Source: Candidatus Nanopelagicales bacterium (lineage in GTDB: Bacteria; Actinomycetota; Actinomycetes; S36-B12). Taken from it: a stretch of 64,000 nucleotides of DNA. The position numbers and the translations under genes were made by a program. Position 1 is the stretch's first letter. Each line of letters starts with the position of its first letter. The notes beneath the pieces were generated by a model. That model was not told the DNA's origin. It made no database searches and saw nothing but the letters and a program-made list of their open reading frames with translations. Shown piece by piece: positions 50,648 to 59,226 of this stretch. The stretch covers positions 494 to 64,493 of the forward strand of contig JBMTDJ010000003.1 of NCBI GenBank assembly GCA_049431945.1, written 5' to 3'.

Positions 50648-51725
50648 GTCGACTCACCTGGATCTCCCGGTGGAGCCCCCTGTCGCACCGATGCTCGCCG
50701 CACCCGGGGGCGACACGGTACCGACGGATCCCGACCTCGCATTCGAGCCCAAGTGGGATGGCTTCCGGGCGATCGTCTTCCGCTCCGCAGATCGGGTCGT
50801 CATCCAGGGCCGTGGCGGCGACGACCTTGCCTATGCCTTCCCCGAGGTGGTTGATGCCATACGCCGCGAACTCCCCGACCGCGTCGTGGTCGATGGGGAA
50901 CTGATCGTGATTCAGGACGGACGACTGGAATTCAGCGTGCTGGGTTCGCGTCTGCGACCCCGCACCGACGCACGCACCATCCAGCGGCTCGCGGATCAGC
51001 ATCCGGCAACCCTCGTCGTATTCGATCTGCTCGCACTGGGCGATGACGTATTCATGGATCGCCCCTATGCCCAACGCCGGGACTCGCTTGAGGCCCTGGT
51101 GTCGACGGAAGCCGCGATCCGCATCACGCCGATGACCCGTGACCGCACCATCGCCGCGCGTTGGTTTGAAGAGTTCGAGGGTGGGGGCCTCGATGGTCTC
51201 ATCGTCAAGGATGTCGACTCGACGTACCAGCCGGGCAAGCGGGTCATGCGCAAGATCAAACATCGGCGCACGCTGGACGCTGTCGTAGCCGGTTGGCGAC
51301 CGCACGCCAAAGAGCCCGATCAGGTCGCATCCTTGCTGCTCGGCCTCTACGACGACGAGGGTCGACTCCACCACATCGGCGCGGCCTCAGGGCTGTCGGC
51401 GGCGCTGCGGCGTGAACTCACCGAGGACCTGCGCCCCTTGCTTCTCGACGGGGATGCGGTGCACCCGTGGCGCGATGAGACTTCCACGGCCCGGCGACCG
51501 GGCGGCGCGAATCGGTGGAACCGCGGCCGCGAGCAGACCTGGCACGCGCTTCGGCCCGATCGCGTCGCCGAAGTGACCTACGACCAGTTCGAGGGTGATC
51601 GCCTGCGACACGTGGCGGCCTGGCAGCGCTGGCGCCCCGATCGATCCCCGCAGTCGTGCACCTACGCCCAGGCTCCCGAATTGGAGGCCATTGACGTGGA
51701 CGCGGTCCTGCACGGTGAATTCTGA
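50646..51725 (+). CDS. ligC: ATP-dependent DNA ligase, LigC-type (ligase-only)
   Basis: Adenylation motif I EPKWDGFR, motifs GLIVKD and MRKIKHRRT. About 359 aa with no Pol or nuclease domains. Confidence 0.85.
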   Translation: MSTHLDLPVEPPVAPMLAAPGGDTVPTDPDLAFEPKWDGFRAIVFRSADRVVIQGRGGDDLAYAFPEVVDAIRRELPDRVVVDGELIVIQDGRLEFSVLGSRLRPRTDARTIQRLADQHPATLVVFDLLALGDDVFMDRPYAQRRDSLEALVSTEAAIRITPMTRDRTIAARWFEEFEGGGLDGLIVKDVDSTYQPGKRVMRKIKHRRTLDAVVAGWRPHAKEPDQVASLLLGLYDDEGRLHHIGAASGLSAALRRELTEDLRPLLLDGDAVHPWRDETSTARRPGGANRWNRGREQTWHALRPDRVAEVTYDQFEGDRLRHVAAWQRWRPDRSPQSCTYAQAPELEAIDVDAVLHGEF

Positions 51726-51856
51726 GGATCGCCTCGGGATTGTCAGGATCCTGTGAGGAACTCCTGGGAAGGCCCTTGCAGACGTGCAATCGAACCTGTG
51801 GGCGTGTGAGCCTGGGGGCAGCGATGCGATCCGCGCATCCGGGGAGGAGTCCCACC

Positions 51857-52555
51857 ATGGGAACCAAGCGCACTCTCGCTGCGACAGCGGCCGTATTGCT
51901 CATCGGCACCGGGGCCGTCGCTGCTTCGGCGACCGCCGCCCAGGCCCGCCCGGGGCAGCATCCCGGCAAGGGTCCGGGAATCGGCATTGGCCAGGGTGTC
52001 GGCCAGGGCCTTAAGGAAGGCAAGGGCCTGGTCAAGGATCGATGGCTTGAGCGCCGCGTCGATCGCACGGTGACGGACGAGGCCAAGACAGCACTGAAGA
52101 CCGCGCTCGCCTCCGCCAAGGCGGCCCTTCGCGACGCCATCGATGTCGCCGGCGACGATAAGGCGGCGCGCGAGGCTGCGCGCGCCGATTTTGCCGATGC
52201 CGTGGCAGCAGCTGTTCTGGCCTTTGATGCCGCGACGCTGCCGGCAGACGAGCTGGACGCGGTGACGGACTACCGCGGTGCAATGGCTGACGCGACGGAG
52301 ACTCTCCGGGCCTCGGTGTCGGCCGCCCACACGACGTTCAAGAGTGCGACGGCCGAGGCGCAGGCCGCACTCAAGGAGGCCCTCGCAGCATCGACATCGC
52401 GCGATGAGCGCCGCGCCGCCTGGGAGGCTTACCGTACGGCCATCGAGCCGGCCCGTGAGGCCCAGAAGTCCGCGGTCAAGGCCGCGGCAGACACCTTCCG
52501 CACTTCCGTAGAGACCGCTCGGGACGCTCTGGAAGCGGCACTTCCCTCCAGCTAG
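51857..52555 (+). CDS. Secreted Ala-rich helical protein, unknown function
   Basis: GGGGAGGAG SD before ATG 51857. Signal peptide (LAATAAVLLIGTGAVAASATAAQA), a Gly-rich stretch (GKGPGIGIGQGVGQG), then about 170 aa of Ala/Glu/Lys/Thr-rich helical sequence. Confidence 0.55.
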   Translation: MGTKRTLAATAAVLLIGTGAVAASATAAQARPGQHPGKGPGIGIGQGVGQGLKEGKGLVKDRWLERRVDRTVTDEAKTALKTALASAKAALRDAIDVAGDDKAAREAARADFADAVAAAVLAFDAATLPADELDAVTDYRGAMADATETLRASVSAAHTTFKSATAEAQAALKEALAASTSRDERRAAWEAYRTAIEPAREAQKSAVKAAADTFRTSVETARDALEAALPSS

Positions 52556-52601
52556 ACCGTCAGCGTTCTGTCCCGAGGGACAGGGCCGTGGCTGATCGTC
52601 T

Positions 52602-52637
52602 CCCGTGCGTGGGACGATTCCCCCCACCACGCACGGG
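52602..52637. promoter_or_regulatory. Perfect 11-bp inverted repeat (14-nt spacer) overlapping the aldehyde dehydrogenase Shine-Dalgarno
   Basis: CCCGTGCGTGG (52602-52612) pairs with CCACGCACGGG (52627-52637). The GGGAGG SD is at 52635-52640 and the ATG at 52647. Confidence 0.4.
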
Positions 52638-52646
52638 AGGTCAGTC

Positions 52647-54083
52647 ATGGATTTCTACGGACACATCATCGCCAATGAGGAAATCCCCTCCCTCGATGGC
52701 GCGACGATGGCCGACGTCGACCCCTACACCCGTGAGCCGTGGGCATCCATCGCCTGCGGCAGCAAGGCCGATGCTGACCGCGCCATCGCCGCGGCGCGCG
52801 ACGCCTTCGATCACGGCCCGTGGCCGCGCATGGGCTACGAGAAGCGCCAGCAACTCATGCACCGCCTGGCGGATCTCATGGAAGAGCACACGGACGAGCT
52901 CGCCATGGCCGACACACGAGACATGGGCAAGCCGATCACCCAGTCGCGACACGACGTCGCGCGCTCCATCCTGAACGTCCGTTTCTTCGCCGATCACGCG
53001 CGCATGTCGGCGGCCGAGACCTTGCCTATGGACACCGGACACCACGCCTACACCCGCTGGGAGCCTGTGGGCGTCGTCGCCGCGATCTCACCGTGGAACT
53101 TCCCACTGATGCTCGGCACCTGGAAGGTCATGCCCGCGCTCGCGTGGGGCAACACCGTCGTGTGGAAGCCGGCGGAGGACACCCCCGTGTCAGCGACCAT
53201 CGTCGGACGCCTCGCCATCGAGGCCGGCTTCCCACCCGGGGTCCTCAACATCGTGCACGGCTACGGCCCTGATTCGGCTGGCTCAGCACTCACCGAGAGC
53301 CCCGACGTGGATCGCATCACGTTCACAGGCGAATCCGGCACCGGCAAGGTCATCAGCGCGGTCGCTGCCCGCAACCTCACCCCGGTCAGCCTCGAGCTCG
53401 GGGGCAAGGGCGCCAACATCATCTTCGACGACGCCGACCTCGACAACGCGGTGCACTGGGCGATCGAGGCGATCTTCCGCAACGCGGGGCAGGTGTGCCT
53501 CGCCGGCAGCCGGCTCTACGTCCAGCGCGGGATCTACGAGGACTTCCTCGTGCGCTACAAGGCTGCGGCCGAGGCGCTGATGATGGGCGATCCGAAGGAT
53601 CCGGCAACGCAGTTCTCTGCCGCGCTCGCGAGCCACGAGCACTTCAGCAAGGTCGAGGGCTACCTCGGCGCCGAGGCGCTCGGCGGCGGACGCATCCTCA
53701 CCGGCGGTATCGGCGACGGATGGAGCGTCAAGCCGACCATCATCACGGACGCGCCCGGTGATGCGCGTGTGGTGAAGGAGGAGATCTTCGGTCCGGTGAC
53801 GGTGGCCACCCCGTTCGACACCGAGGAGGAGGCACTCGCCCTCGCCAATGACACGCGCTACGGCCTCAACGCCATGGTCTTCACCGAGAACCTCTCCCGG
53901 GCTCACCGCATGGCGGCGAAACTCAATGCCGGCACGGTGTGGATCAACTGCTTCTTCATCCGCGATCTGCGCCTGCCCTTCGGCGGTGTCGGCGACTCGG
54001 GCGTCGGCCGCGAAGGGGGCAACTTCAGCCGGGAGTTCATGACCGAGCCCAAGGCCGTGGTCATGCAGATCGACCCCGTGTAG
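52647..54083 (+). CDS. NAD(P)-dependent aldehyde dehydrogenase
   Basis: ELGGKGANIIF and catalytic-Cys FRNAGQVCLAGSR motifs, plus EEIFGPV. ATG 52647 has a strong SD; GTG 52605 is the alternative. Confidence 0.93.
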   Translation: MDFYGHIIANEEIPSLDGATMADVDPYTREPWASIACGSKADADRAIAAARDAFDHGPWPRMGYEKRQQLMHRLADLMEEHTDELAMADTRDMGKPITQSRHDVARSILNVRFFADHARMSAAETLPMDTGHHAYTRWEPVGVVAAISPWNFPLMLGTWKVMPALAWGNTVVWKPAEDTPVSATIVGRLAIEAGFPPGVLNIVHGYGPDSAGSALTESPDVDRITFTGESGTGKVISAVAARNLTPVSLELGGKGANIIFDDADLDNAVHWAIEAIFRNAGQVCLAGSRLYVQRGIYEDFLVRYKAAAEALMMGDPKDPATQFSAALASHEHFSKVEGYLGAEALGGGRILTGGIGDGWSVKPTIITDAPGDARVVKEEIFGPVTVATPFDTEEEALALANDTRYGLNAMVFTENLSRAHRMAAKLNAGTVWINCFFIRDLRLPFGGVGDSGVGREGGNFSREFMTEPKAVVMQIDPV

Positions 54084-54086
54084 GCG

Positions 54087-55130
54087 CTAGTCCCTGCGCG
54101 CTCGGCTCGGCTGCACTCTCGGTGGCTCGCCCGGCATTTTCGGGTAGTCCGGCGGGAATGGCATCTCGCCGAGTCCGCGCTCCTCGACGTCGACCCGCCA
54201 CATCTCCAACAGTGGCGCGATGTCAAAGGGCTCGTCGCCCAGGGTCGCCCAGGCGTTGCCCGACTGTGCCAGGTGGGCCGGCGCCGAGCGCAGCGTGAAC
54301 GCCGCGGGATCGGTCTGGTGAAGTTCATCCCACGTCACCGGCATCGAGACAGGTGCGCCCGGGCGCGCGCGCACCGACCATGCCGACGCCATCGTGCGAT
54401 CGCGAGCCATCTGGTTGTAGTCGACGAAGACGCGCTCACCTCGCTCTTCCTTCCACCAGGCGGTGGTCACGAGCTCGGGATGGCGCCGCTCGAGCGTCCG
54501 ACCCACAGCGATCGCGGCGTGACGCACATCGAGGAACTCCCATCGGGGCTCGATGGCGACGAAGACGTGGACTCCGCGTCCGCCGCTCGTCTTGACGTAG
54601 GGCACGGCCCCCACATCAACGAGCAGATCGCGAAGCACCTCCGCGACGACCACGGCATCGCTGAAGGCGCGGCCTTCGTGTGGATCGAGATCGAATCTCA
54701 ACTCGTCGGGTCGATCGACGTCACTGCGGCGCACCGGCCACGGGTGGAAGGTCACGCATCCGAGATTGGCGGCCCAGACGAGCGTCTCCACATTGTCCGG
54801 GCAGACCTGCACTCCGGTACGCCCGGACGGGAAGGTGATCGACACCGAGCCGACGTAGTCGGGAGTCCCCTTGGGTAGGTGCTTGTTGTAGAAGCTCTCG
54901 CCGTATTCGCCATCGATGAGCACCCCATCGGGCCAACGCTGGAGCGTGGTCGGCCTTCCTCCTACCGCCTTCAGCAGCGCTCCCGACACGTCCGCGTAGT
55001 ACGTCGCGAGATCGAGCTTGGTGATGAGGGAGTCGCCGTCGCACCACATGGGCTTGTCCGGGCTCGAGACACGTACGGACCGATCACCGACGGGGACCTC
55101 CACGGGGCCGCCGTATCGCGAGCTCGCCAC
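54087..55130 (-). CDS. LigD-type primase-polymerase domain protein (Prim-Pol, stand-alone)
   Basis: AEP motifs: DELRFDLDP (DxD), VKTSGGRGVHVFV (SxH) and VFVDYNQ. No ligase or nuclease domain. Confidence 0.85.
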   Translation of the reverse strand: MASSRYGGPVEVPVGDRSVRVSSPDKPMWCDGDSLITKLDLATYYADVSGALLKAVGGRPTTLQRWPDGVLIDGEYGESFYNKHLPKGTPDYVGSVSITFPSGRTGVQVCPDNVETLVWAANLGCVTFHPWPVRRSDVDRPDELRFDLDPHEGRAFSDAVVVAEVLRDLLVDVGAVPYVKTSGGRGVHVFVAIEPRWEFLDVRHAAIAVGRTLERRHPELVTTAWWKEERGERVFVDYNQMARDRTMASAWSVRARPGAPVSMPVTWDELHQTDPAAFTLRSAPAHLAQSGNAWATLGDEPFDIAPLLEMWRVDVEERGLGEMPFPPDYPKMPGEPPRVQPSRARRD

Positions 55131-55203
55131 GGTCTCAACCTAGTGCCCCATGCGACGACGGGCCGTCGCTCGCATCGGCGGGCCGGATCGCTAGGGTTCT
55201 CCC

Positions 55204-55491
55204 GTGTCTGTCACGGTCATCGTCTTCCTGATCCTCGGCGCCTTCTTGATCCTGTTCGGGGTCGCCTTTGCCCTCTACGGCATGTCCAGTGAGAAGGCCT
55301 ACTGGTTCCAGCGCGACCCCAAGGGCAACCCCTCTCGTGAGGCGACGCCGTTCCACAGGGTCTACACGCACGCCTTCGCCATCGCCGTGAGCGACGAGCG
55401 CGCCCCGTTGCGCATCGCGGCCATTGGCGTGGTGCTCGTCTATCTCGGCATCGTCAGCCTGCTGCTCTCCGTCGTCTTCGCCATCGTGTGA
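55204..55491 (+). CDS. Small two-TM membrane protein, unknown function
   Basis: 95 aa with hydrophobic N- and C-terminal helices. Its stop lies 1 nt before the next ORF's first ATG. Confidence 0.5.
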   Translation: MSVTVIVFLILGAFLILFGVAFALYGMSSEKAYWFQRDPKGNPSREATPFHRVYTHAFAIAVSDERAPLRIAAIGVVLVYLGIVSLLLSVVFAIV

Positions 55492-55504
55492 CATGAAGGG
55501 GGCC

Positions 55505-56359
55505 ATGAGCTTCGCCCTGGCTGTGCTCAAGGCCCAGTCAGTCGAGCGGATCAGCCTCTCCGCAGCAGCCGTCGCGTTCTGGGCTGCCATCGCCATCACG
55601 CCGGCGCTGATCGCGATCAGCATCATCTTCGGCCGCATCGTCGATCCCCAGGTCCTCGACGAAGCCGTGCGCTCACTCCAGTCAGTCGCCCCCGACTCCT
55701 TCGGGAGCCTCCTCGCCAGCCAAATCCAGGCGGCGGCCAAGGCTTCCGCGACTCAGGTGTCCTGGGGCCTGGCCATCTCTCTCATCACGGTCCTGTGGGC
55801 GGTCTCGAGCGGCATCTACGCGTTTCAAAGGGCCGTGCGTATCGCGTACGGGCTCGACCCGCAGCACTATGTCAGCGCTCGCGCCGTCGCCTACATCGGC
55901 AGCCTCAGCTCGATCCTCGTCCTCGGCATAGTCCTCATCTGCGCAGGTGCCGGAGCTGCTTGGGCATCGACGCTCTCCGAGCCCTGGCAGGCCTTGGCTT
56001 TCACGCTAGGGGTCGCGATTGGACTCGTCCTCGGCACTGGAATTCTCGTTGCGTTCTTCCGGACTTCAGCGCTCAAGGAGTCGCCGCGCTTCAATTGGCC
56101 CGGCGCTGCGTTCGGCGCGGTGGGCACGCTCGCCGTCGTCATCGGCTTCGGAATCTACCTGCGCTTCGCGACGAGCTACCAGGCGATCTACGGCACGCTG
56201 GCGAGTACCGTGATCTTGAGTCTCGTGCTCTACATCTCGGCCTATGTCATCCTCATCGGCGCGATCGGCAACGCCGAACTCAGTCGTCGACTCGGCGGCT
56301 CGAGCACTCAGGACCCGGATTCGCTTGCGAGCAATTCACCGGCAAAGTCCGGCACGTAG
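55505..56359 (+). CDS. YihY/BrkB-family membrane protein
   Basis: ERISLSAAAVAFWAAIAITPALIA and ...YGTLASTVILSLVLYISAYVILIGA are typical of the family. I preferred ATG 55505 (GAAGGGGG SD) over 55493. Confidence 0.8.
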   Translation: MSFALAVLKAQSVERISLSAAAVAFWAAIAITPALIAISIIFGRIVDPQVLDEAVRSLQSVAPDSFGSLLASQIQAAAKASATQVSWGLAISLITVLWAVSSGIYAFQRAVRIAYGLDPQHYVSARAVAYIGSLSSILVLGIVLICAGAGAAWASTLSEPWQALAFTLGVAIGLVLGTGILVAFFRTSALKESPRFNWPGAAFGAVGTLAVVIGFGIYLRFATSYQAIYGTLASTVILSLVLYISAYVILIGAIGNAELSRRLGGSSTQDPDSLASNSPAKSGT

Positions 56360-57174
56360 CGCGTCAGGTCACGCGGAGGGCGCCGATAGCCGTGACCGCC
56401 GGGCCGCGTAGGCAGGGTCAGCGGAGCGCGCGTGACCGGCTCGTACGGGATGCTTGAGAGCAGGTGGTGGATCATGTTGATGCGGGCGCGCCGCTTGTCG
56501 TCCGCTTCGACATCGAACCAGGGCGACTCCGAGGTATCGGTGTGCACCATCATCTCGTCCTTGGCGCGGGAGTAGTCCTCCCAGCGCGTGATCGACTCCA
56601 GGTCCATCGGCGACAGTTTCCACTGGCGCATGGGATCGTTCAGGCGAGAGGCGAAGCGCTTCTCCTGCTCGTGATTGCTCACACTGAACCAGTACTTACG
56701 CAGGAAAATTCCGTCCTCGATAAGCATGCGCTCGAAGATCGGAGCCTGCCGTAGGAAGCGCTGGTACTCCTCGGCAGTGCAGAAGCCCATGACGCGCTCG
56801 ACACCTGCGCGGTTGTACCAGGAGCGATCGAAAAGAACGATCTCACCTGCTGCCGGGAGTTGTTCTACATAGCGTTGGAAGTACCACTGGCTTCGCTGAC
56901 GCTCCGTGGGCGTAGGCAGAGCGACGATACGTGCCATACGCGGATTCAGATACTCGGTGACGCGCTTGATGGTCGAGCCCTTGCCCGCCGCGTCGCGCCC
57001 CTCGAAGACGACGACGATGCGAGCACCGGTGGACTTCACCCACTCCTGCATGGTGACGAGTTCGCCCTGCAGGGCGTAGAGCGTCCTCTCGTAGAATTCA
57101 CGCGGCAGTCTCTTCACCTTGCCCGTCGCTCCTGCGCCGTTGTCCCCCGCACCTGTGGCCATGGCCCTATCCAA
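56308..57174 (-). CDS. ppk2: Polyphosphate kinase 2 (single-domain PPK2)
   Basis: Walker A VVFEGRDAAGKGSTIKRV, FDRSWYNRAGVERV and the lid-module region. Confidence 0.92.
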   Translation of the reverse strand: MDRAMATGAGDNGAGATGKVKRLPREFYERTLYALQGELVTMQEWVKSTGARIVVVFEGRDAAGKGSTIKRVTEYLNPRMARIVALPTPTERQRSQWYFQRYVEQLPAAGEIVLFDRSWYNRAGVERVMGFCTAEEYQRFLRQAPIFERMLIEDGIFLRKYWFSVSNHEQEKRFASRLNDPMRQWKLSPMDLESITRWEDYSRAKDEMMVHTDTSESPWFDVEADDKRRARINMIHHLLSSIPYEPVTRAPLTLPTRPGGHGYRRPPRDLTRYVPDFAGELLASESGS

Positions 57175-57183
57175 GCATCCTTC

Positions 57184-58317
57184 TCAGAGTGACTGCACGC
57201 TTTCGTTGGCCTGGGATCGAAGGGCAGCGGCAAACACGCGATGCGCACCCAGCGCCTCGGCCGGCGTCGCGGTGCCGAAACGATGCCCAAGCGCACCGAC
57301 TCGCTCCGCGAGGTACGACGCCCACATCTGCAACAGGGCATCACCGAATCCGAACTCGAAGATCGCCCCGGAGACCACGGGCCACGCGGAGACATTGCCC
57401 GGTTGGATCTCCTCCCACACCTGCTCGCCGTCGCGCAAGGCGAAGCGTCGGACGATGGTGGGCTCCCGAGTGGAGAACCGGACGCCACCTTCCATCCCCA
57501 CGGCATCGAAGAACCACGTGTTCACGTGACCAGGGGCGATGCGACGCGTTTCCCACGTCATGGTGAAGTCACGACCCAAGCGCGGGTGGGCGGTGCACGT
57601 CAGGAGCGCATTGTCCCAGGTATCGCACGCCACCATGACTCCGTCAGGCCCAGGTCGCTCGTCGACCACATTGTCGAGCCGCGCGTAGACCCGGCGTGGG
57701 GTCCATCCCAGTCGCAGGGGTATGTGGGCCACGTGAAGGCCTAGATCCCCCATCACGCCGATCTCGCCGCATGTCTCGACACGCCGCTTCCAGTTGATGG
57801 GCTTCGCCCGATTGATGTCCGAGGAGTGCCAGAATCCGCTGCGCACATCGAGGACCTCGCCCATCTCCCCCGAGGCCGCGTAGTCATATGCACGGAGCGC
57901 TCCCGGGTAGAAGGGGAACTCACTCGACACCCGGACGAAGGCCGACGATCGCTCGACCTCCGCCACGATTGCCTCGGCGGCGGTGAGATCGATGCCGAAA
58001 GGCTTCTCACCGAGGAAGTCCCGGCCCTCGCGCGCCGCGGCTACGTAGATCTCCTCGTGCAACTGATGCGGCACGGCCACGTAGAGGACGTCGATGTCAT
58101 CGTCGTCAACGAGCTCTCGCCAATCAGCAGTGAGGCGCTCCACGCCGGCCTGCTGGGCAAACCACTCCCGGGCAGCCGGGGCCGGGTCGGCCACGGCCGC
58201 GATCCTGGGACGCGCCGGATGATCGATGAGGAGTCCCCAACGGCCGCACACGGCCGCCAGCTCGCGACCCATGAGGCCGCCTCCGATGACACCGATGCGT
58301 ACGTCGCCGTCGGTCAT
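57184..58317 (-). CDS. Gfo/Idh/MocA-family oxidoreductase
   Basis: N-terminal Rossmann IGVIGGGLMGR and the GEKPF motif. Overlaps the aldolase gene stop. Confidence 0.85.
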   Translation of the reverse strand: MTDGDVRIGVIGGGLMGRELAAVCGRWGLLIDHPARPRIAAVADPAPAAREWFAQQAGVERLTADWRELVDDDDIDVLYVAVPHQLHEEIYVAAAREGRDFLGEKPFGIDLTAAEAIVAEVERSSAFVRVSSEFPFYPGALRAYDYAASGEMGEVLDVRSGFWHSSDINRAKPINWKRRVETCGEIGVMGDLGLHVAHIPLRLGWTPRRVYARLDNVVDERPGPDGVMVACDTWDNALLTCTAHPRLGRDFTMTWETRRIAPGHVNTWFFDAVGMEGGVRFSTREPTIVRRFALRDGEQVWEEIQPGNVSAWPVVSGAIFEFGFGDALLQMWASYLAERVGALGHRFGTATPAEALGAHRVFAAALRSQANESVQSL

Positions 58318-59153
58318 GACGACTGGACGATCTCCATTGCCCGCTGCGGATCCGCGCCATCGTGCAGCATCGCCATCAGTGCGTGCGTCATCGCTGCTGG
58401 GCGATCATGCTGGATGATGTTGCGCCCGTAGACCAGACCAGCGGCACCCTGCGCGAGAAGTGCGGCGGTGCGCGTGAAGATCTCCTCGTCCGAGACCCGA
58501 CCTCCACCGCGAATGAGGACCGGAATGCCTGACGCCGTTCGCACGACCTCGTGGTAGCTCGACGTATCATCGGTCGGGTCCGCCTTGATGACATCGGCCC
58601 CGAGTTCGACCGCCTGGCGCACTATCGGAACGATGAGTTCGACGTCGCCGTTGACCGTATAGGGACCCGCGTCGGTCTCCTTCATGACGAGTGGCTCCAC
58701 CATGAGCGGCATGCCGTAGTGATCGCACTGCTGGCGCAGGTCCATGACGTTGCGGATGCACGCTTCGCGTACCTCGGGCCTGCCGGGCAGATCGAGCAGA
58801 TTCACCACGACGCAGGCAGCGTCGAGGCGCACTGCCGTGAGGACGGGATCGGGGGCGATAGCGCTGAACATGTGGTCGGGCAGCACGCTGCCATAGACAT
58901 TCGCGACGTCCGTGCGCATCACGAGGGCGGGCCGGCGTCGCCCGCCCTGGGCCTGGAGGAGGCGGGCCTGACCCGGCGTGAGCTGAATGGCATCAGGGTC
59001 CGCCCGGACCAGCTCGGATACAGCAGCGGGCAGATCCTCGATTCCCGCGAGGAAGTTCCCCTGCCCGAAGAAACCGTGGTCGACGGCAATATCCAGGCAG
59101 CGACCCGATGCCGGGTTGAAGAGCCTTCGGAGCCGATACGCCGAGTCCGACAC
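58314..59153 (-). CDS. Class I aldolase of the DhnA/FbaB/LsrF family
   Basis: RLRRLFNPASGRCLDIAVDHGFF, GADVIKAD (Schiff-base Lys context) and GAAGLVYGRNIIQHDRPAAM closely resemble what I recall of E. coli LsrF/FbaB. I chose GTG 59153 (AAGGGAG SD 5 nt upstream); the longest ORF reaches 59204. Confidence 0.82.
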   Translation of the reverse strand: MSDSAYRLRRLFNPASGRCLDIAVDHGFFGQGNFLAGIEDLPAAVSELVRADPDAIQLTPGQARLLQAQGGRRRPALVMRTDVANVYGSVLPDHMFSAIAPDPVLTAVRLDAACVVVNLLDLPGRPEVREACIRNVMDLRQQCDHYGMPLMVEPLVMKETDAGPYTVNGDVELIVPIVRQAVELGADVIKADPTDDTSSYHEVVRTASGIPVLIRGGGRVSDEEIFTRTAALLAQGAAGLVYGRNIIQHDRPAAMTHALMAMLHDGADPQRAMEIVQSS

Positions 59154-59226
59154 GGCGTCTCCCTTCTGTCCGGCGATCCCCCGTGACCTGCACACCCTAC
59201 CCACCGGCGGGTGCCAAGATGGGCGC

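Noticed and set aside
52568-52583. Hairpin CTGTCC-cgag-GGACAG just after the stop of the Ala-rich protein gene, a possible terminator
   Set aside because: It has only a 6-bp stem and no downstream U-tract, which is insufficient to call an intrinsic terminator.
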